64,000 nucleotides of DNA from an uncultured Planctomycetales bacterium (GTDB taxonomy: Bacteria; Omnitrophota; Gorgyraeia; Zapsychrales; Fredricksoniimonadaceae), in assembly GCA_964483785.1 (NCBI GenBank), contig CAZACW010000004.1, positions 6,794 to 70,793 on the forward strand, in the 5' to 3' direction. Under the pieces are notes generated by a model that was not told the origin of the DNA, made no database searches, and saw only the letters and a list, made by a program, of their open reading frames with translations. The position numbers were made by a program, and so were the translations under genes. Shown here in pieces: positions 8,695 to 19,091 of the stretch (position 1 is its first letter; each line of letters starts with the position of its first letter).

Positions 8695-9618
8695 TTACAT
8701 CTCGCCAAAAATATACCCCATCTCTTCCAGGGCGGAATGGTCCTCCCTCCAGCGGGAAGCGATTTTGACAAACAGCTCCAGAAAAACTTTTTGCCCCACC
8801 AGCGCTTCCAGGTCCTTGCGCGCCTCGGTCCCCACCTGCTTCAACACGGCCCCGGCCTTGCCGATGACGATTTCCTTTTGCGAATCGCGCTCGACTAAAA
8901 TCGTCGAACGGATATGCAGGACCTTGCCGCGTTTAGGCTTGACGCTGTCAATCAGGACCGCAATGGAATGCGGCACTTCCTGGCGCATCAATTTGAAAAG
9001 TTTTTCGCGGATCAAGTCCGCCATGGCCATGCGCCTGGGAAAATCCGTGATCACATCCTCGGGATACAAAAAAGGCCCGGAAGGCATCAGCCCAAACAAA
9101 AGGTCGAGCAATTTCGGGACATGCGTCCCTTGAAGGGCCGAGATGGGCAATAAAGTCAAGTCATCCATGTCCGTGATGGGTTTGCCGCGGACCTCTTCCC
9201 AAAGCCGGATATACTCCGGGACAAATTTGCCCTTGGTGATGTCGATTTTATTCAAGGCGATGATGATGGGCCGGCCGCACCGGTTCAGGCGGCCGATTAC
9301 ATGCTCTTCTTCGGGGCCGGTCTTTTCGCTGGCATCCACCATATGGATCACCGCGTCGACGGAATCGATGCTGCCGATCGAGGCGCGGTTCATGTACTTG
9401 TCGAGCTTGTCGCGGCCGGCGTGCAGGCCGGGCGTGTCGATGAAAACAATCTGGCCGCGCTTCTCGGTGTGGATGGCCTTGATCTGCTGGCGCGTGGTCT
9501 GCGGCACGTCGGAGACGATGGAAATTTTTTCGCCCACAATGGCATTGACCAGGGTCGATTTGCCGACATTCGGCCTGCCGACAATGGCCACCATGCCGCT
9601 TTTAAGTTTTTTTTCCAC
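8695..9618 (-). CDS. era: GTPase Era
   Basis: GRPNVGKST, PQTTR, DTPG, NKID and KH domain SQKEIVIGKAG. Confidence 0.96.
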   Translation of the reverse strand: MEKKLKSGMVAIVGRPNVGKSTLVNAIVGEKISIVSDVPQTTRQQIKAIHTEKRGQIVFIDTPGLHAGRDKLDKYMNRASIGSIDSVDAVIHMVDASEKTGPEEEHVIGRLNRCGRPIIIALNKIDITKGKFVPEYIRLWEEVRGKPITDMDDLTLLPISALQGTHVPKLLDLLFGLMPSGPFLYPEDVITDFPRRMAMADLIREKLFKLMRQEVPHSIAVLIDSVKPKRGKVLHIRSTILVERDSQKEIVIGKAGAVLKQVGTEARKDLEALVGQKVFLELFVKIASRWREDHSALEEMGYIFGEM

Positions 9619-9877
9619 GGGGCTTCCGATATTTTATGACCGTGAAAACCACGGCGGTAAACAAGGCCAGATTGACGACATTAAAACAGCGCCAGACCAG
9701 GTCCTTGGAGGTAAACCCGGACGGCGCCATCACCAGGCAGCAGACCCAGACGCCCAGGGCCCAGCTCATCGAAATATCCTCGGAGGAGCGGCGCTGGATG
9801 ATCCTGATGATCAGGGGGATGTTAAACAAGGGCATGATGATGGAAGCTGCAAGCCCCATGTCCTGGATGATGTTCAT
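9602..9877 (-). CDS. PQ-loop/SemiSWEET-like small membrane protein
   Basis: 91 aa with 3 hydrophobic segments and the PLIIRIIQRRSSEDIS motif. Confidence 0.72.
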   Translation of the reverse strand: MNIIQDMGLAASIIMPLFNIPLIIRIIQRRSSEDISMSWALGVWVCCLVMAPSGFTSKDLVWRCFNVVNLALFTAVVFTVIKYRKPRGKKT

Positions 9878-10131
9878 ACGTTTCCTTTGCGGTATTTAAG
9901 CACCGCGGCCAAAACCGCTGTCAGCATGGCCACGTTCATCGTGTTAAAGCCCATGGCCAGGATGTCCCTCGAGACAAAGGCGCTCGGGGCCATGAAGAGT
10001 GACGCGCCCCAAAGTCCAAAGATCCAGGCCAGGGAAATGTCTTGGGAGGAACGCCGGCGGACCATCCGCACGATCAAGGGAATGTCCCATAAGGGCAGGA
10101 CAACCGCCGCCCAAAAGCCGAGGGTTTTCAC
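9874..10131 (-). CDS. PQ-loop/SemiSWEET-like small membrane protein (paralogue)
   Basis: 85 aa, PLIVRMVRRRSSQDIS; clearly similar to the adjacent ORF. Confidence 0.72.
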   Translation of the reverse strand: MKTLGFWAAVVLPLWDIPLIVRMVRRRSSQDISLAWIFGLWGASLFMAPSAFVSRDILAMGFNTMNVAMLTAVLAAVLKYRKGNV

Positions 10132-10148
10132 GATAGCCTCCTTGGGGT

Positions 10149-11051
10149 CTACACAGCGAAAAATTTGACCAGGGTCTTGAGGCGGCCCTCCACCTCGCGC
10201 ATGGTCAGCGACGCGGTCTGGGCCATGCCGAAGCCCTGCACATTGAAAGAGGCCACGGTGGTGGCATACAGCAGGGCCTTGCGCAGGGTCTTCTCATCCA
10301 GGCGGTTGGTCTTGCTTAAATACCCCATGAGCCCGCCGGCAAAGGTGTCCCCGGCGCCGGTGGGGTCCACGACCTTCTGCACCGGATAGGCGGGAAAAGC
10401 GAACATCACCTGGCTGCTGTAAAACAGGACCCCGTGCTCGCCTTTTTTGATGACGATCATCCGCGGCCCCATGGACCTTAGGGCACGGGCCGCCATGATC
10501 AGGTTTTGTTCCCCGGTCAGGGCCCTGGCTTCCCCGTCGTTGGCCACGAACAAATGCACCATCTTCATCAGGCGCCGCAGGGACTTTTGCTTATGGGTGA
10601 TCCATAAATTCATGCTGTCCAAGCCGATCAGCCGCGGGGAGCGCAGGTGCTTTAACAGCATCACCTGCAGATCGGGATCGAAATTGGCCAGGAAAATATT
10701 GGGCAGATGCCGTTGATGGGACATCAGTTCAGGGACATAGGTCTCCAGGACCCCCAGTTCCGTGGCCAGGGTCAGGGCCGAATTCAAGTCCCCCTGTTTG
10801 TACTCGCCGCGCCAGCGAAAGGTCTTGCCGTTGCTGATCTTCAACGAGGAAAGGTCGATCCCCTTGCGTTTCAAAAAGCCCAAATGCTTGGAGGGAAAGT
10901 CCCTGCCCACCACGGCCACCAGATGCACGTCGGTAAACAGCCGCGCGGACATGGCAAAATGCGCGGCCGAGCCGCCCAGCATGTCCTTTTTAACGCCCGA
11001 GGGCGTCTTCACATGGTCCAAAGCCACCGTGCCTAAAACCACCAGGCTCAT
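10149..11051 (-). CDS. PfkB-family carbohydrate/nucleoside kinase
   Basis: GGSAAHF N-terminal signature and VDPTGAGDTFAGG C-terminal signature. Confidence 0.92.
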   Translation of the reverse strand: MSLVVLGTVALDHVKTPSGVKKDMLGGSAAHFAMSARLFTDVHLVAVVGRDFPSKHLGFLKRKGIDLSSLKISNGKTFRWRGEYKQGDLNSALTLATELGVLETYVPELMSHQRHLPNIFLANFDPDLQVMLLKHLRSPRLIGLDSMNLWITHKQKSLRRLMKMVHLFVANDGEARALTGEQNLIMAARALRSMGPRMIVIKKGEHGVLFYSSQVMFAFPAYPVQKVVDPTGAGDTFAGGLMGYLSKTNRLDEKTLRKALLYATTVASFNVQGFGMAQTASLTMREVEGRLKTLVKFFAV

Positions 11052-11052
11052 A

Positions 11053-11472
11053 TCATGCTCCTATGATTTTGATCAATACGCGTTTGTCCCTGCGTCCGTC
11101 GAATTCCCCGTAAAAAATCTGTTCCCAGGGCCCGAAATCCAGGCGCCCCTGCGTGATGGCGACCGTGACTTCGCGGCCCATCACCTGGCGCTTCAGGTGC
11201 GCGTCCGCGTTGTCCTCGCCGGTGGCATTGTGCCGGTACTGCCCGACGGGCGCGTGCGGCGCCAGTTTCTCCAGCCAGGCATCGTAATCCTCTAAGAGCC
11301 CGCTCTCGTCGTCATTGATATAGACGCTGGCGGAAATGTGCATGGCATTGACCAGGCACAATCCCTCCTTAATGCCGCTTTCATCCACCGCCTTTTGCAC
11401 CTGGTCCGTGATATTGATGTACGCCCGGCGGGTCTTGGTATGAAACATCAACTCTCGGCGGAAAGCTTTCAC
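11053..11472 (-). CDS. yjbQ: YjbQ/UPF0047 family protein
   Basis: NITDQV, NADAHLK and [13 protein letters not shown] motifs. Confidence 0.9.
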   Translation of the reverse strand: MKAFRRELMFHTKTRRAYINITDQVQKAVDESGIKEGLCLVNAMHISASVYINDDESGLLEDYDAWLEKLAPHAPVGQYRHNATGEDNADAHLKRQVMGREVTVAITQGRLDFGPWEQIFYGEFDGRRDKRVLIKIIGA

Positions 11473-11867
11473 TTTTTTTTCTTTTCCAGCTGCCTGAGGT
11501 ACTGCTGAAACTGCGTGTCTTTCAAAAGATTGTCCAGGTCCGCATCGCCCTTCAAATACTCAAAATCATCATACCCGTAGTCGATGGCGCGGGTCAGGGC
11601 GCCCAGGGCCGCGCGGGTCTGGTTTAAAAGCGCGTAGGAGCAGGCCAGATTGTAATGCACGATGGCATCCTCGGGCCTGAGTTTGGCCAATTTCAAATCC
11701 ACTTCCAGGCCCTTCTGCCACAGCCCGGCCCTGGTGTACAGATCGCCGATGGCGCTTAAGGCCTCGATGAACTGCGGGGCGTTTTTCAGGATATTCTCGT
11801 AAAAAACGATCTCAAAATCAATGTCTTCCTTCTTGCGGGACAATTTAGGCGCGTGGTCCTTGCGCAT
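11469..11867 (-). CDS. TPR-repeat protein
   Basis: [10 protein letters not shown]...DADLDNL TPR-end pattern. Confidence 0.75.
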   Translation of the reverse strand: MRKDHAPKLSRKKEDIDFEIVFYENILKNAPQFIEALSAIGDLYTRAGLWQKGLEVDLKLAKLRPEDAIVHYNLACSYALLNQTRAALGALTRAIDYGYDDFEYLKGDADLDNLLKDTQFQQYLRQLEKKKK

Positions 11868-11890
11868 AGGGGTCCTTTCGTCAAAGCGGC

Positions 11891-13042
11891 CTATTTCTTC
11901 TTTAAATAGCTGCCGATGCGCGCGACGGCCTCGACGAGATTGTCGTAGCTCGAGGCATAGGAAATCCGCACGTAATCGGCGCAGCCGGCTCCGAAGGCAT
12001 TGCCCGGCACCAGGGCCACTTTTTGCTTGAGCAGTAAATTCTTGGCAAAATCCATGGAGCTCTCGCCCGTGGACTTCACCGAGGGAAACGCGTAAAAAGC
12101 GCCCTGCGGCATATGGCAGGCAAGCCCTAGTTCGTTTAAGGCGCCGACGATGAAGCGCCGGCGGCGGTCATACTCTTTTTTCATGGCCTGCACGTCGGAG
12201 GCGGCATTTTTCAAGGCCTCGATGGCGGCCATCTGGCCCGTGATCGGCGCGCAAAGCAGGGTGTACTGGTGGATCTTGGTCATGGCGCCCACGATGTCCG
12301 CGGGGCCGCAGGCATAGCCGACCCGGAATCCCGTCATGGCGTAGCTTTTCGAAAGTCCATTGAGATAGATGACGCGGTTGCGCATCTGCGGCACGTTAAA
12401 AAACGGCGTGTGCTCGAAATCATAGCTTAACTCGTCATAAAGCTCGTCGCTGATGACCAAAAGGTCATGCTTTTTGATGACGCGGCCCAATTCCTCCAGT
12501 TCTTGCCGGGTGTAGGAGGTGCCGGTGGGGTTGCAGGGATAGCCCAAGAGAAGGCCGCGCACGCCGCGGCTGATCGAGGCTTCGATCTGCTTGGGCGTCA
12601 CCTTAAAGCCCGTCTCGATCTTAGTCTCCAAAAAAACCGGCTCGCCGCCGGCCAAGGCCACCACCGGGCCGTAGGCCACATAATAAGGCTCAGGCACGAG
12701 GATCTTCTCGCCGGGATTGAGGATGGCCCGCATGGCCAAATCCAGGCCTTCGCTGACGCCGGCCGTGATCAGGACCTCTTCTTGCGGGTCATAAACGGCC
12801 TGATAGCGTTTTTTAAGGAAGGCGGTGATTTCCCGCCGCAATTCGATCATGCCCTTGTTGGAGGTGTAGGAGGTGTAGCCCTGCTCGAGGGACTCGATGG
12901 CCTTGGCGCGCACGTGCCAGGGGGTCACGAAGTCCGGCTCCCCCACGCCGAGGGAGATCACGTCCTTCATGCCCAGCACTAAATCAAAAAAGGCCCGGAT
13001 GCCTGAAGGGGCCAGTTCATCAACACGTCTGGAAATTCTCAT
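11891..13042 (-). CDS. Class I/II PLP aminotransferase (YugH/AlaT-like)
   Basis: GEPDF, PCNPTG, SDELY and GLSKSYAMTGFRVG motifs. Confidence 0.92.
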   Translation of the reverse strand: MRISRRVDELAPSGIRAFFDLVLGMKDVISLGVGEPDFVTPWHVRAKAIESLEQGYTSYTSNKGMIELRREITAFLKKRYQAVYDPQEEVLITAGVSEGLDLAMRAILNPGEKILVPEPYYVAYGPVVALAGGEPVFLETKIETGFKVTPKQIEASISRGVRGLLLGYPCNPTGTSYTRQELEELGRVIKKHDLLVISDELYDELSYDFEHTPFFNVPQMRNRVIYLNGLSKSYAMTGFRVGYACGPADIVGAMTKIHQYTLLCAPITGQMAAIEALKNAASDVQAMKKEYDRRRRFIVGALNELGLACHMPQGAFYAFPSVKSTGESSMDFAKNLLLKQKVALVPGNAFGAGCADYVRISYASSYDNLVEAVARIGSYLKKK

Positions 13043-13045
13043 AGT

Positions 13046-13381
13046 TCAGTATGAAATGTTCTGCCGGCGTTCATGTTTGGCATGCTTGAACACCTGGCCT
13101 TCTTCCTTATATTTGCGCAAAAGAAAATGGGTGGCGGTCTGGCGCACGTTGGCCATGGACGAGAGCTTCGCGGCCACAAAATCCGCCACGGTCTGGATGC
13201 TTTCACCCTCGACGATGACCAGCAAGTCATAGCCGCCGGAGAGAAGATAACAGCTTTTCACCTCGGGAAAGGCGTAGATCCGCTCGGCGACGCTGTCAAA
13301 GCCTAGGTCTTTCTGCGGCGTGATCGAGACCTCGATCAGGGCGCGCACGGCCGGCGGGGCCTTGGTTTTCACTTTAGACAT
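13046..13381 (-). CDS. Lrp/AsnC ligand-binding (RAM) domain protein lacking the HTH
   Basis: FPEVKSCYLLSGGYDLLV and TATHFLLRKYK (YugG-like C-terminal part); AAGGAG RBS before the ATG. Confidence 0.8.
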   Translation of the reverse strand: MSKVKTKAPPAVRALIEVSITPQKDLGFDSVAERIYAFPEVKSCYLLSGGYDLLVIVEGESIQTVADFVAAKLSSMANVRQTATHFLLRKYKEEGQVFKHAKHERRQNISY

Positions 13382-13391
13382 ACGGACTCCT

Positions 13392-14279
13392 TTATAGCGC
13401 GTCTTTCACTTGGACAAAATCCGCGCGGCGCTCCAATTTGGCGATCTGGTCCCTCAGGACGTCAATGTCTTCCTTCAGGCCCTTGATCTGGGAGCGCATC
13501 TGATTGTTGCGGGCATCGATGAGCACCATCCTGTGCACCAAGGTCTTTTTCATCAAGGGCCAGGAAAGGCCCATCAGGGAACTGTCCCTCAAATCTTCCA
13601 GGCGCAGGACATTGGCATAGATCTCCCGCTTAAGCTCTTGTTTGTGCGCGTTTAAATCTTTGAGGGTCGGCGCGCTGTACGTCCCCCCTTTTTTCAGGGC
13701 CGCAAGAATATTTTCCAAAAGCACCTCCTGCGTGCTTTCATCCTCGAGCTGCTGGCGCAGCTGGCCCAGCTGGGGATCAGGGTCATCGCCCCTTTGCCCA
13801 GGCAGGGCATCAATCTGTTCTTTCTGATTAAGCCGGACAAGTTCCCGTCCGCGGACCGCATACTTTATGGCCTGGACCTTGTGCTCACTCTCTGACCGTC
13901 TTCGTCTTAAATCCCGCAGCTGCAGCGCGTAGTCCTTGAGACGCTGGTTCTTGGCCCTGATGCTTTCGTTAAGCTCGATGATACGCAGGTCCTGGTCTGT
14001 CTGGCCGTGGCGTTCCTGCAAAATGGCTGCGCTCTGCGCATTTTTGTCCCTTTGCTGGTCAATGGCCTGCCTTAATTCATCGGCCTTTTCCACCAATTGC
14101 TGGTATTCGTCTTTAAGGCCGTCATTTTCAACGCCCAGTGACTGGGCCTTGGCCTTGATCACGTCCAGGGTCAATTGCCATTGCTCGGGCATGGACGAAG
14201 GTCCGGCCGACAGCTGGGCCCTGGCCTCGCCCAAGAGGCAAATGAGAGGCAAAAGCAAAACAAAGACATAAAAACGCAT
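13392..14279 (-). CDS. Secreted coiled-coil hypothetical protein
   Basis: Signal peptide-like N-terminus (MRFYVFVLLLPLICLLGEARA) and heptad-rich body. Confidence 0.65.
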   Translation of the reverse strand: MRFYVFVLLLPLICLLGEARAQLSAGPSSMPEQWQLTLDVIKAKAQSLGVENDGLKDEYQQLVEKADELRQAIDQQRDKNAQSAAILQERHGQTDQDLRIIELNESIRAKNQRLKDYALQLRDLRRRRSESEHKVQAIKYAVRGRELVRLNQKEQIDALPGQRGDDPDPQLGQLRQQLEDESTQEVLLENILAALKKGGTYSAPTLKDLNAHKQELKREIYANVLRLEDLRDSSLMGLSWPLMKKTLVHRMVLIDARNNQMRSQIKGLKEDIDVLRDQIAKLERRADFVQVKDAL

Positions 14280-14363
14280 GGCTTCATTATACCCGGTTAT
14301 GCCCGATGGGGCAAGGACGGGAACATAAAAGTTATGGATAGGGAATGTTTAACAGACCGTCGG

Positions 14364-14396
14364 ATACCATCACAACCCCGGGGGTTGTGATGGTAT
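14364..14396. repeat. REP-like palindrome, single copy
   Basis: ataccatcacaaccccgggggttgtgatggtat; contains the stop codon of the YgfZ-like gene. Confidence 0.8.
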
Positions 14397-15023
14397 GGGC
14401 TTGATGAAAACAAAGCCCTGAACGCGTCCGGTGGCGGGATCTGCGAGGCGGGAACTCATTTTATCGGCATCTGTGTCAGACAACTGGTCCTCAAAGGCAA
14501 CGATCAATTTGCGGCTGGGCTGGGAGCGGTTATGCACCTTGGCCACCGGCTCCTGGCCCAAAAAACAGCCCTTCGTATAGGACGTATAATCATGCTCGTG
14601 CACATTGAGGATAAACTCATCCGCCTGATAGTCGATGCCCATCAAGGGCATCCTATGCTCCAGGCGAAACCGCGTAAATTCCTCTTCACGGACGCTGTCG
14701 GGAAAATTTTCCGAAGACCAGATGATTTGCGCCGTGTCCAAATCAATCCAACAGCCCTGCGGGTCCGGCGTGATGGTCACATGCGCCAATTTTGCGTAGC
14801 GCTGTAAATGTTGAAGAAGTTGTCCGGCCGCGGCATTTGGAACGCTGATCAAGAATTCCTCGTCGCTGATCTTCTTCTGGCGAAAGGTGGCGATGATGCG
14901 CCCGTGCTGGTTTAAAAAAGCATTGAGCGGGGCATCCAGGACATTCGAAGATATCCCATTTAAGAAGGCTTCTACCTTGCCTTTGACGCTTAAAACAGTT
15001 TCCGGTAATTTATACAGGCGCAT
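14370..15023 (-). CDS. YgfZ/GcvT-like folate-binding protein (short form)
   Basis: SYTKGCFLGQE signature; start set at MRLYKLPE. Confidence 0.8.
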   Translation of the reverse strand: MRLYKLPETVLSVKGKVEAFLNGISSNVLDAPLNAFLNQHGRIIATFRQKKISDEEFLISVPNAAAGQLLQHLQRYAKLAHVTITPDPQGCWIDLDTAQIIWSSENFPDSVREEEFTRFRLEHRMPLMGIDYQADEFILNVHEHDYTSYTKGCFLGQEPVAKVHNRSQPSRKLIVAFEDQLSDTDADKMSSRLADPATGRVQGFVFIKPIPSQPPGL

Positions 15024-15054
15024 GAGTATGACGCGCCGCCCGACGTATCCTAAA

Positions 15055-16485
15055 TTAATTCGGGTCAGGCCGGGCGGCCGCGCATTTTTGGGCCAAGTCA
15101 AGGGCCTCTTGCTTTGTTTTAATTTTCCCCAAGGCTGCTTCTTCCTCAATCTTGGCCAGGATCATGCCAAAAACCGGCGAGGGCTTGAGTTTCAAGACCT
15201 TGATCAGATCATGTCCGGTCAGAAGCCGCTCCTTGGGCTTGTGTTCCTGCTTGACAAAAAACCGGTCGATGAGCATGCGGCAGGTCTTGGCATGATGAAG
15301 GGCCTTGCCCTTGGTGGTCAATCGTCCCCGGGTCGCGGCCTGGTCCGCCATGGCCAAGATCGCCAGGGACGCGGCCTCTTGTCCGGCATCGCGCATAAAC
15401 CTGAATACGGCCTTTGCGCTGGGGCGCTTGAAATTCGACAGATACCCCGGCCTCAGATGCAGGCGCACCGCGTTCTCTAAAAAGTAGCGTTCCTTGACGG
15501 AGAGCTTCAGCTGCTTGGCAGCCTGGCGCGTGATCTTTTCGCCGGCATACTCGTGGCCGTGAAAGGTCATGCGGCCGGCGGCTTGACGCTTTGTCTCGGG
15601 TTTGCCGATATCATGCAGAAGGGCCGCCATTTTTAACAGGGCGGCGCGCGTATGATGGCCGCCGATGATTTCCTGCAGATAGGATTGGACCTTCTCGTCG
15701 CTGGCCATCTTTTCCATGATCTTTTCCAGCTGCCTGAGGACCTCCAGGGAATGCCGCCAAACATCCAAATGATGATAGCCGCCCTGATAGACGCCGTACA
15801 TCACCGTGATCTGCGGCAGAACCTGCGGCAAAAGCCCCGCCTTGTCCATGGATTCAAAACTTTCGGCGGCCCTGGGCGATGTGAGGACCTTAAACAATTC
15901 CTCCCGTATTCTTTCCGCGGCCGCCTGGCTGATTAAATGCGCGTCCTTCTTGATTTGGGCCAAGGTGCGCGCATCCATTCTAAATCCAAGGGCAGCTTGC
16001 AGGGCAAAGGCGCGCAGTAATCTTAACGGATCATCCTTAAAAACCCGGGGAGAAACCATGCGCACCACCCCGGCTTTAAGATCGCGGCGGGCCCCCTTGG
16101 CTTCCAGCACCTTGTCCGGCTGAGGCCCGTGTTCAACGAAGTCCCAAGCCAGGGCATTGACGGTAAAATCGCGGGAATCCAGGTCTTTTTGGATGCTGAC
16201 AGCCCGCCAATCGGCAAAATCGAAAGTGAAGATCTGCCCGCCGATGGTCTTGACGACACGCGCGCAGCCGCGCTCCTTGTCCAGAAGCACAAACGAGCCC
16301 TTGATCCGGCGGGCCAGCCGGCGGCCGAGGGCAATGCTGCCTTTTTCCACGGCAAAGTCAAAATCCACGCCGCGCCGGCCGAGAAAATAATCGCGCAGGG
16401 CGCCGCCCACCAGATAAATCCGCGGCTTGCTATGTTGAAGGGCCTCCAAAATAAGGGCCAAGGATGGATAATAGGTCAGCAGCAT
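15055..16485 (-). CDS. CCA-adding/poly(A) polymerase family nucleotidyltransferase with HD domain
   Basis: YLVGGALRD, DFDF, RDFTVNA, DDPLRLLR, ERIREE and LLHDIGKP; start set at MLLTYY. Confidence 0.9.
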   Translation of the reverse strand: MLLTYYPSLALILEALQHSKPRIYLVGGALRDYFLGRRGVDFDFAVEKGSIALGRRLARRIKGSFVLLDKERGCARVVKTIGGQIFTFDFADWRAVSIQKDLDSRDFTVNALAWDFVEHGPQPDKVLEAKGARRDLKAGVVRMVSPRVFKDDPLRLLRAFALQAALGFRMDARTLAQIKKDAHLISQAAAERIREELFKVLTSPRAAESFESMDKAGLLPQVLPQITVMYGVYQGGYHHLDVWRHSLEVLRQLEKIMEKMASDEKVQSYLQEIIGGHHTRAALLKMAALLHDIGKPETKRQAAGRMTFHGHEYAGEKITRQAAKQLKLSVKERYFLENAVRLHLRPGYLSNFKRPSAKAVFRFMRDAGQEAASLAILAMADQAATRGRLTTKGKALHHAKTCRMLIDRFFVKQEHKPKERLLTGHDLIKVLKLKPSPVFGMILAKIEEEAALGKIKTKQEALDLAQKCAAARPDPN

Positions 16486-16486
16486 C

Positions 16487-16891
16487 TTAGGCAGGGGGCA
16501 TGGAAGATTTCTGCAGGATCTCTTCCATGACAAAGATCGGGGCTTTGCAGCGCACCGCCAGGGCCACACTGTCCGACGGACGGGCATCGACGCTCTTGGT
16601 CTGGCCTTCCTTGGTCTTGATGTCCAGCTTCGCGTGAAAGGTGTTGTTGATAAGCTTGTCGATGACCACGCGCTGAAGCTCGGCACCCAGGCCCCTCATC
16701 ACGCTGATCAAAAGATCATGCGTCATCGGCCGCGGCACGTCCACCCCGGAGATCTTGATCTTGATGCTGGAGGCCTCGAGGAAACCGATGACAATGGGGA
16801 TCTGGCGCTCCCCGTCCTTTTCCTTGAGCACAATCACCTGGTCCTGGCGCTTTTCATCGATGATGATGCGGGAGAGTTCGACTTGGATCAT
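16487..16891 (-). CDS. Bifunctional nuclease family protein (DUF151)
   Basis: IPIVIG, RPMTHDL and DARPSDSVALA motifs. Confidence 0.9.
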   Translation of the reverse strand: MIQVELSRIIIDEKRQDQVIVLKEKDGERQIPIVIGFLEASSIKIKISGVDVPRPMTHDLLISVMRGLGAELQRVVIDKLINNTFHAKLDIKTKEGQTKSVDARPSDSVALAVRCKAPIFVMEEILQKSSMPPA

Positions 16892-17394
16892 AAGCGTTTT
16901 TTGGTTTTGGGCCTTTTCTGTTTTTTTAATTTTTTAAGTTTGTTCTTGGTCAAAATGTTCTGCAAGGCGCTCATGAACTGGTTGACGTCGCGAAACTGCC
17001 GGTACACCGAGGCAAAGCGCACATAGGCCACCTCATCCAGGACGGAGAGGCGCGTCATGATCATCTCGCCGATGTCCTTGGACGAGATTTCGCGGTCGTA
17101 TTTGCGGCGGATGGCATGCTCCACATCATCCACCATGTCCTCGATCTGCTCGACGCTGACCGGCCTTTTCTCGCAGGCCTTGATCAGCCCCCCCAGCACC
17201 CGGGTGCGGTCAAAGGGCTGGCGGCGTCCGTCGCGCTTGATGACCATCAGGGGCACTTCTTCGATGTACTCGTAAGTGGTGAAGCGCTCCTCGCACTTGG
17301 CGCACTGCCGCCGGCGGCGGATGGACGTCCCGTCGCTGTTAAGCCTTGAATCCGTCACGTTGGTCCCTTTGTAACTGCAGGCGGGGCAGCGCAT
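16888..17394 (-). CDS. nrdR: Transcriptional repressor NrdR
   Basis: MRCPAC...IRRRRQC..C..RFTTYE, ATP cone and VAYVRFASVY. Confidence 0.96.
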   Translation of the reverse strand: MRCPACSYKGTNVTDSRLNSDGTSIRRRRQCAKCEERFTTYEYIEEVPLMVIKRDGRRQPFDRTRVLGGLIKACEKRPVSVEQIEDMVDDVEHAIRRKYDREISSKDIGEMIMTRLSVLDEVAYVRFASVYRQFRDVNQFMSALQNILTKNKLKKLKKQKRPKTKKRL

Positions 17395-17397
17395 AGG

Positions 17398-18639
17398 CTA
17401 AAAACCAGCGTATATGGGAAACGCGCCGGCCAGCGCCTGCACGTCCTTTTGGACCCTGGCCAGGGCGGCCTCATCCCCCCGGCTGACGACGCAGCGGTCG
17501 ATGCATTCTGCGATCTGCTGCATCTGGGCCTCCTTCATGCCGCGGGTGGTCACGGCCGGCGTGCCGATGCGGACCCCGCTGGCCACCGTCGGCGGCTGCG
17601 GGTCGAAAGGAATGAGGTTTTTGTTGACCGTGATCTGCACGCGGTCAAGCAAAGACGCCGTCTCCTTACCCGTGACGGACTTCGGCCTTAAATCCACCAT
17701 GAACAAATGATTGTCCGTGCCGCCGGAGACGATGCGAAACCCCCTTTGGCTTAAGGCCTGGGCCATGGCCTGGGCATTGGCGATCACCTGTTTTTGGTAT
17801 TGCTTAAACTCAGGCGCCAAGGCCTCCTTGAAGGCCACGGCCTTGGCCGCGATGATATGCATCAAGGGACCACCCTGGATGCCTGGAAAAATGGCGGCGT
17901 CGATTTTCTTGGCGAATTCTTCCCGGCAGATGATCATGCCGCCGCGCGGCCCCCGCAGGGTCTTGTGGGTCGTGGTGGTCACAAAATGGGCGTGGGGCAC
18001 GGGATTAGGATGCAGGCCGGCCGCGACCAGGCCCGCAAAATGGGCCATGTCCACGAATAAATAAGCGCCCACGCCATCTGCGATCTCGCGGAAACGCTTG
18101 AAATCCAGGATGCGCGAATAGGCGGAATACCCGGCCACGATCATCTTAGGTCTATGTTCTCCGGCGAGGCGCTCGACCTCATGCATGTCGATCCTCTCGG
18201 TCTTGGCATCCACCTTGTAGGAAACGAATTGGTAGAGACGCCCGGAAATATTGATTTTAAGGCCATGGGTCAGGTGCCCGCCGCAGGCCAGGTCCAGGCC
18301 CAACACCGTGTCCCCGGGTTTTAACGCCGCAAAATACACGGCGGTATTGGCCTGGGACCCTGAATGCGGCTGCACGTTGATGTGGTCTCCGCCGAAGAGC
18401 TGTTTGGCCCTTTGGATGGCCAGGTTTTCCGCCTCATCGACATATTCACAGCCGTTGTACCAGCGGGCCGCCGGATAACCTTCGGCGTATTTGTTGGTCA
18501 GCACACTGCCGGCCGCTTCCAGCACGGCGGGCGAAACGATGTTTTCCGAGGCGATCAATTCCAGATTGTTCTTCTGGCGCGTCAGTTCATGTTCAACGGC
18601 CTTGGCGATTTCAGGGTCCGTCCCTGTCAGATGCTTCAT
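17398..18639 (-). CDS. glyA: Serine hydroxymethyltransferase
   Basis: [14 protein letters not shown] and [14 protein letters not shown] motifs. Confidence 0.97.
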   Translation of the reverse strand: MKHLTGTDPEIAKAVEHELTRQKNNLELIASENIVSPAVLEAAGSVLTNKYAEGYPAARWYNGCEYVDEAENLAIQRAKQLFGGDHINVQPHSGSQANTAVYFAALKPGDTVLGLDLACGGHLTHGLKINISGRLYQFVSYKVDAKTERIDMHEVERLAGEHRPKMIVAGYSAYSRILDFKRFREIADGVGAYLFVDMAHFAGLVAAGLHPNPVPHAHFVTTTTHKTLRGPRGGMIICREEFAKKIDAAIFPGIQGGPLMHIIAAKAVAFKEALAPEFKQYQKQVIANAQAMAQALSQRGFRIVSGGTDNHLFMVDLRPKSVTGKETASLLDRVQITVNKNLIPFDPQPPTVASGVRIGTPAVTTRGMKEAQMQQIAECIDRCVVSRGDEAALARVQKDVQALAGAFPIYAGF

Positions 18640-19091
18640 GATAAAAACTTCCTTTCCATGTCCTGGATCAAGGCCTTGCGGCGCGTGTGGCGCCCGCCTT
18701 CAAAGGCGGTGTTGAGCCAAACCTTGATGATCTTCATCGACTCCGCCTGGGTCGTGTATTTGGTGCCGATGACCAGCACATTGCTGTCATTGTGCTGGCG
18801 GGCGAGCGCGGCCATTTCCTCGTCGCGGACCAGGGCGGCATAGATGCCCGGGACCTTATTGGCCGCGATGGTCTGACCGATGCCGGTCATGCACAAAAGG
18901 ATCCCGCGGCTGTCAGGATGGGCCTTGACTTCACGGCCGACCTTCAGGGCGATCTCGGGATAATCGCAGGCCTCGGTTTCCGAATGGGAACCCAGGTCCA
19001 TGGCCTCATGGCCCATGGCCTTAAGCGCCTCCACAATGGCCTTTTTGTAAGTGACGCCGCGATGGTCTGAGCCCACAAAAACCTTCATCAC
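18636..19091 (-). CDS. rpiB: Ribose 5-phosphate isomerase B
   Basis: GSDHRG, CMTGIG, ANKVPGI, HNDSNVL and FEGGRH motifs. Confidence 0.93.
   Translation of the reverse strand: MMKVFVGSDHRGVTYKKAIVEALKAMGHEAMDLGSHSETEACDYPEIALKVGREVKAHPDSRGILLCMTGIGQTIAANKVPGIYAALVRDEEMAALARQHNDSNVLVIGTKYTTQAESMKIIKVWLNTAFEGGRHTRRKALIQDMERKFLS

Noticed and set aside
9143-10168. 341-aa plus-strand ORF
   Set aside because: Antisense to era and the PQ-loop genes.
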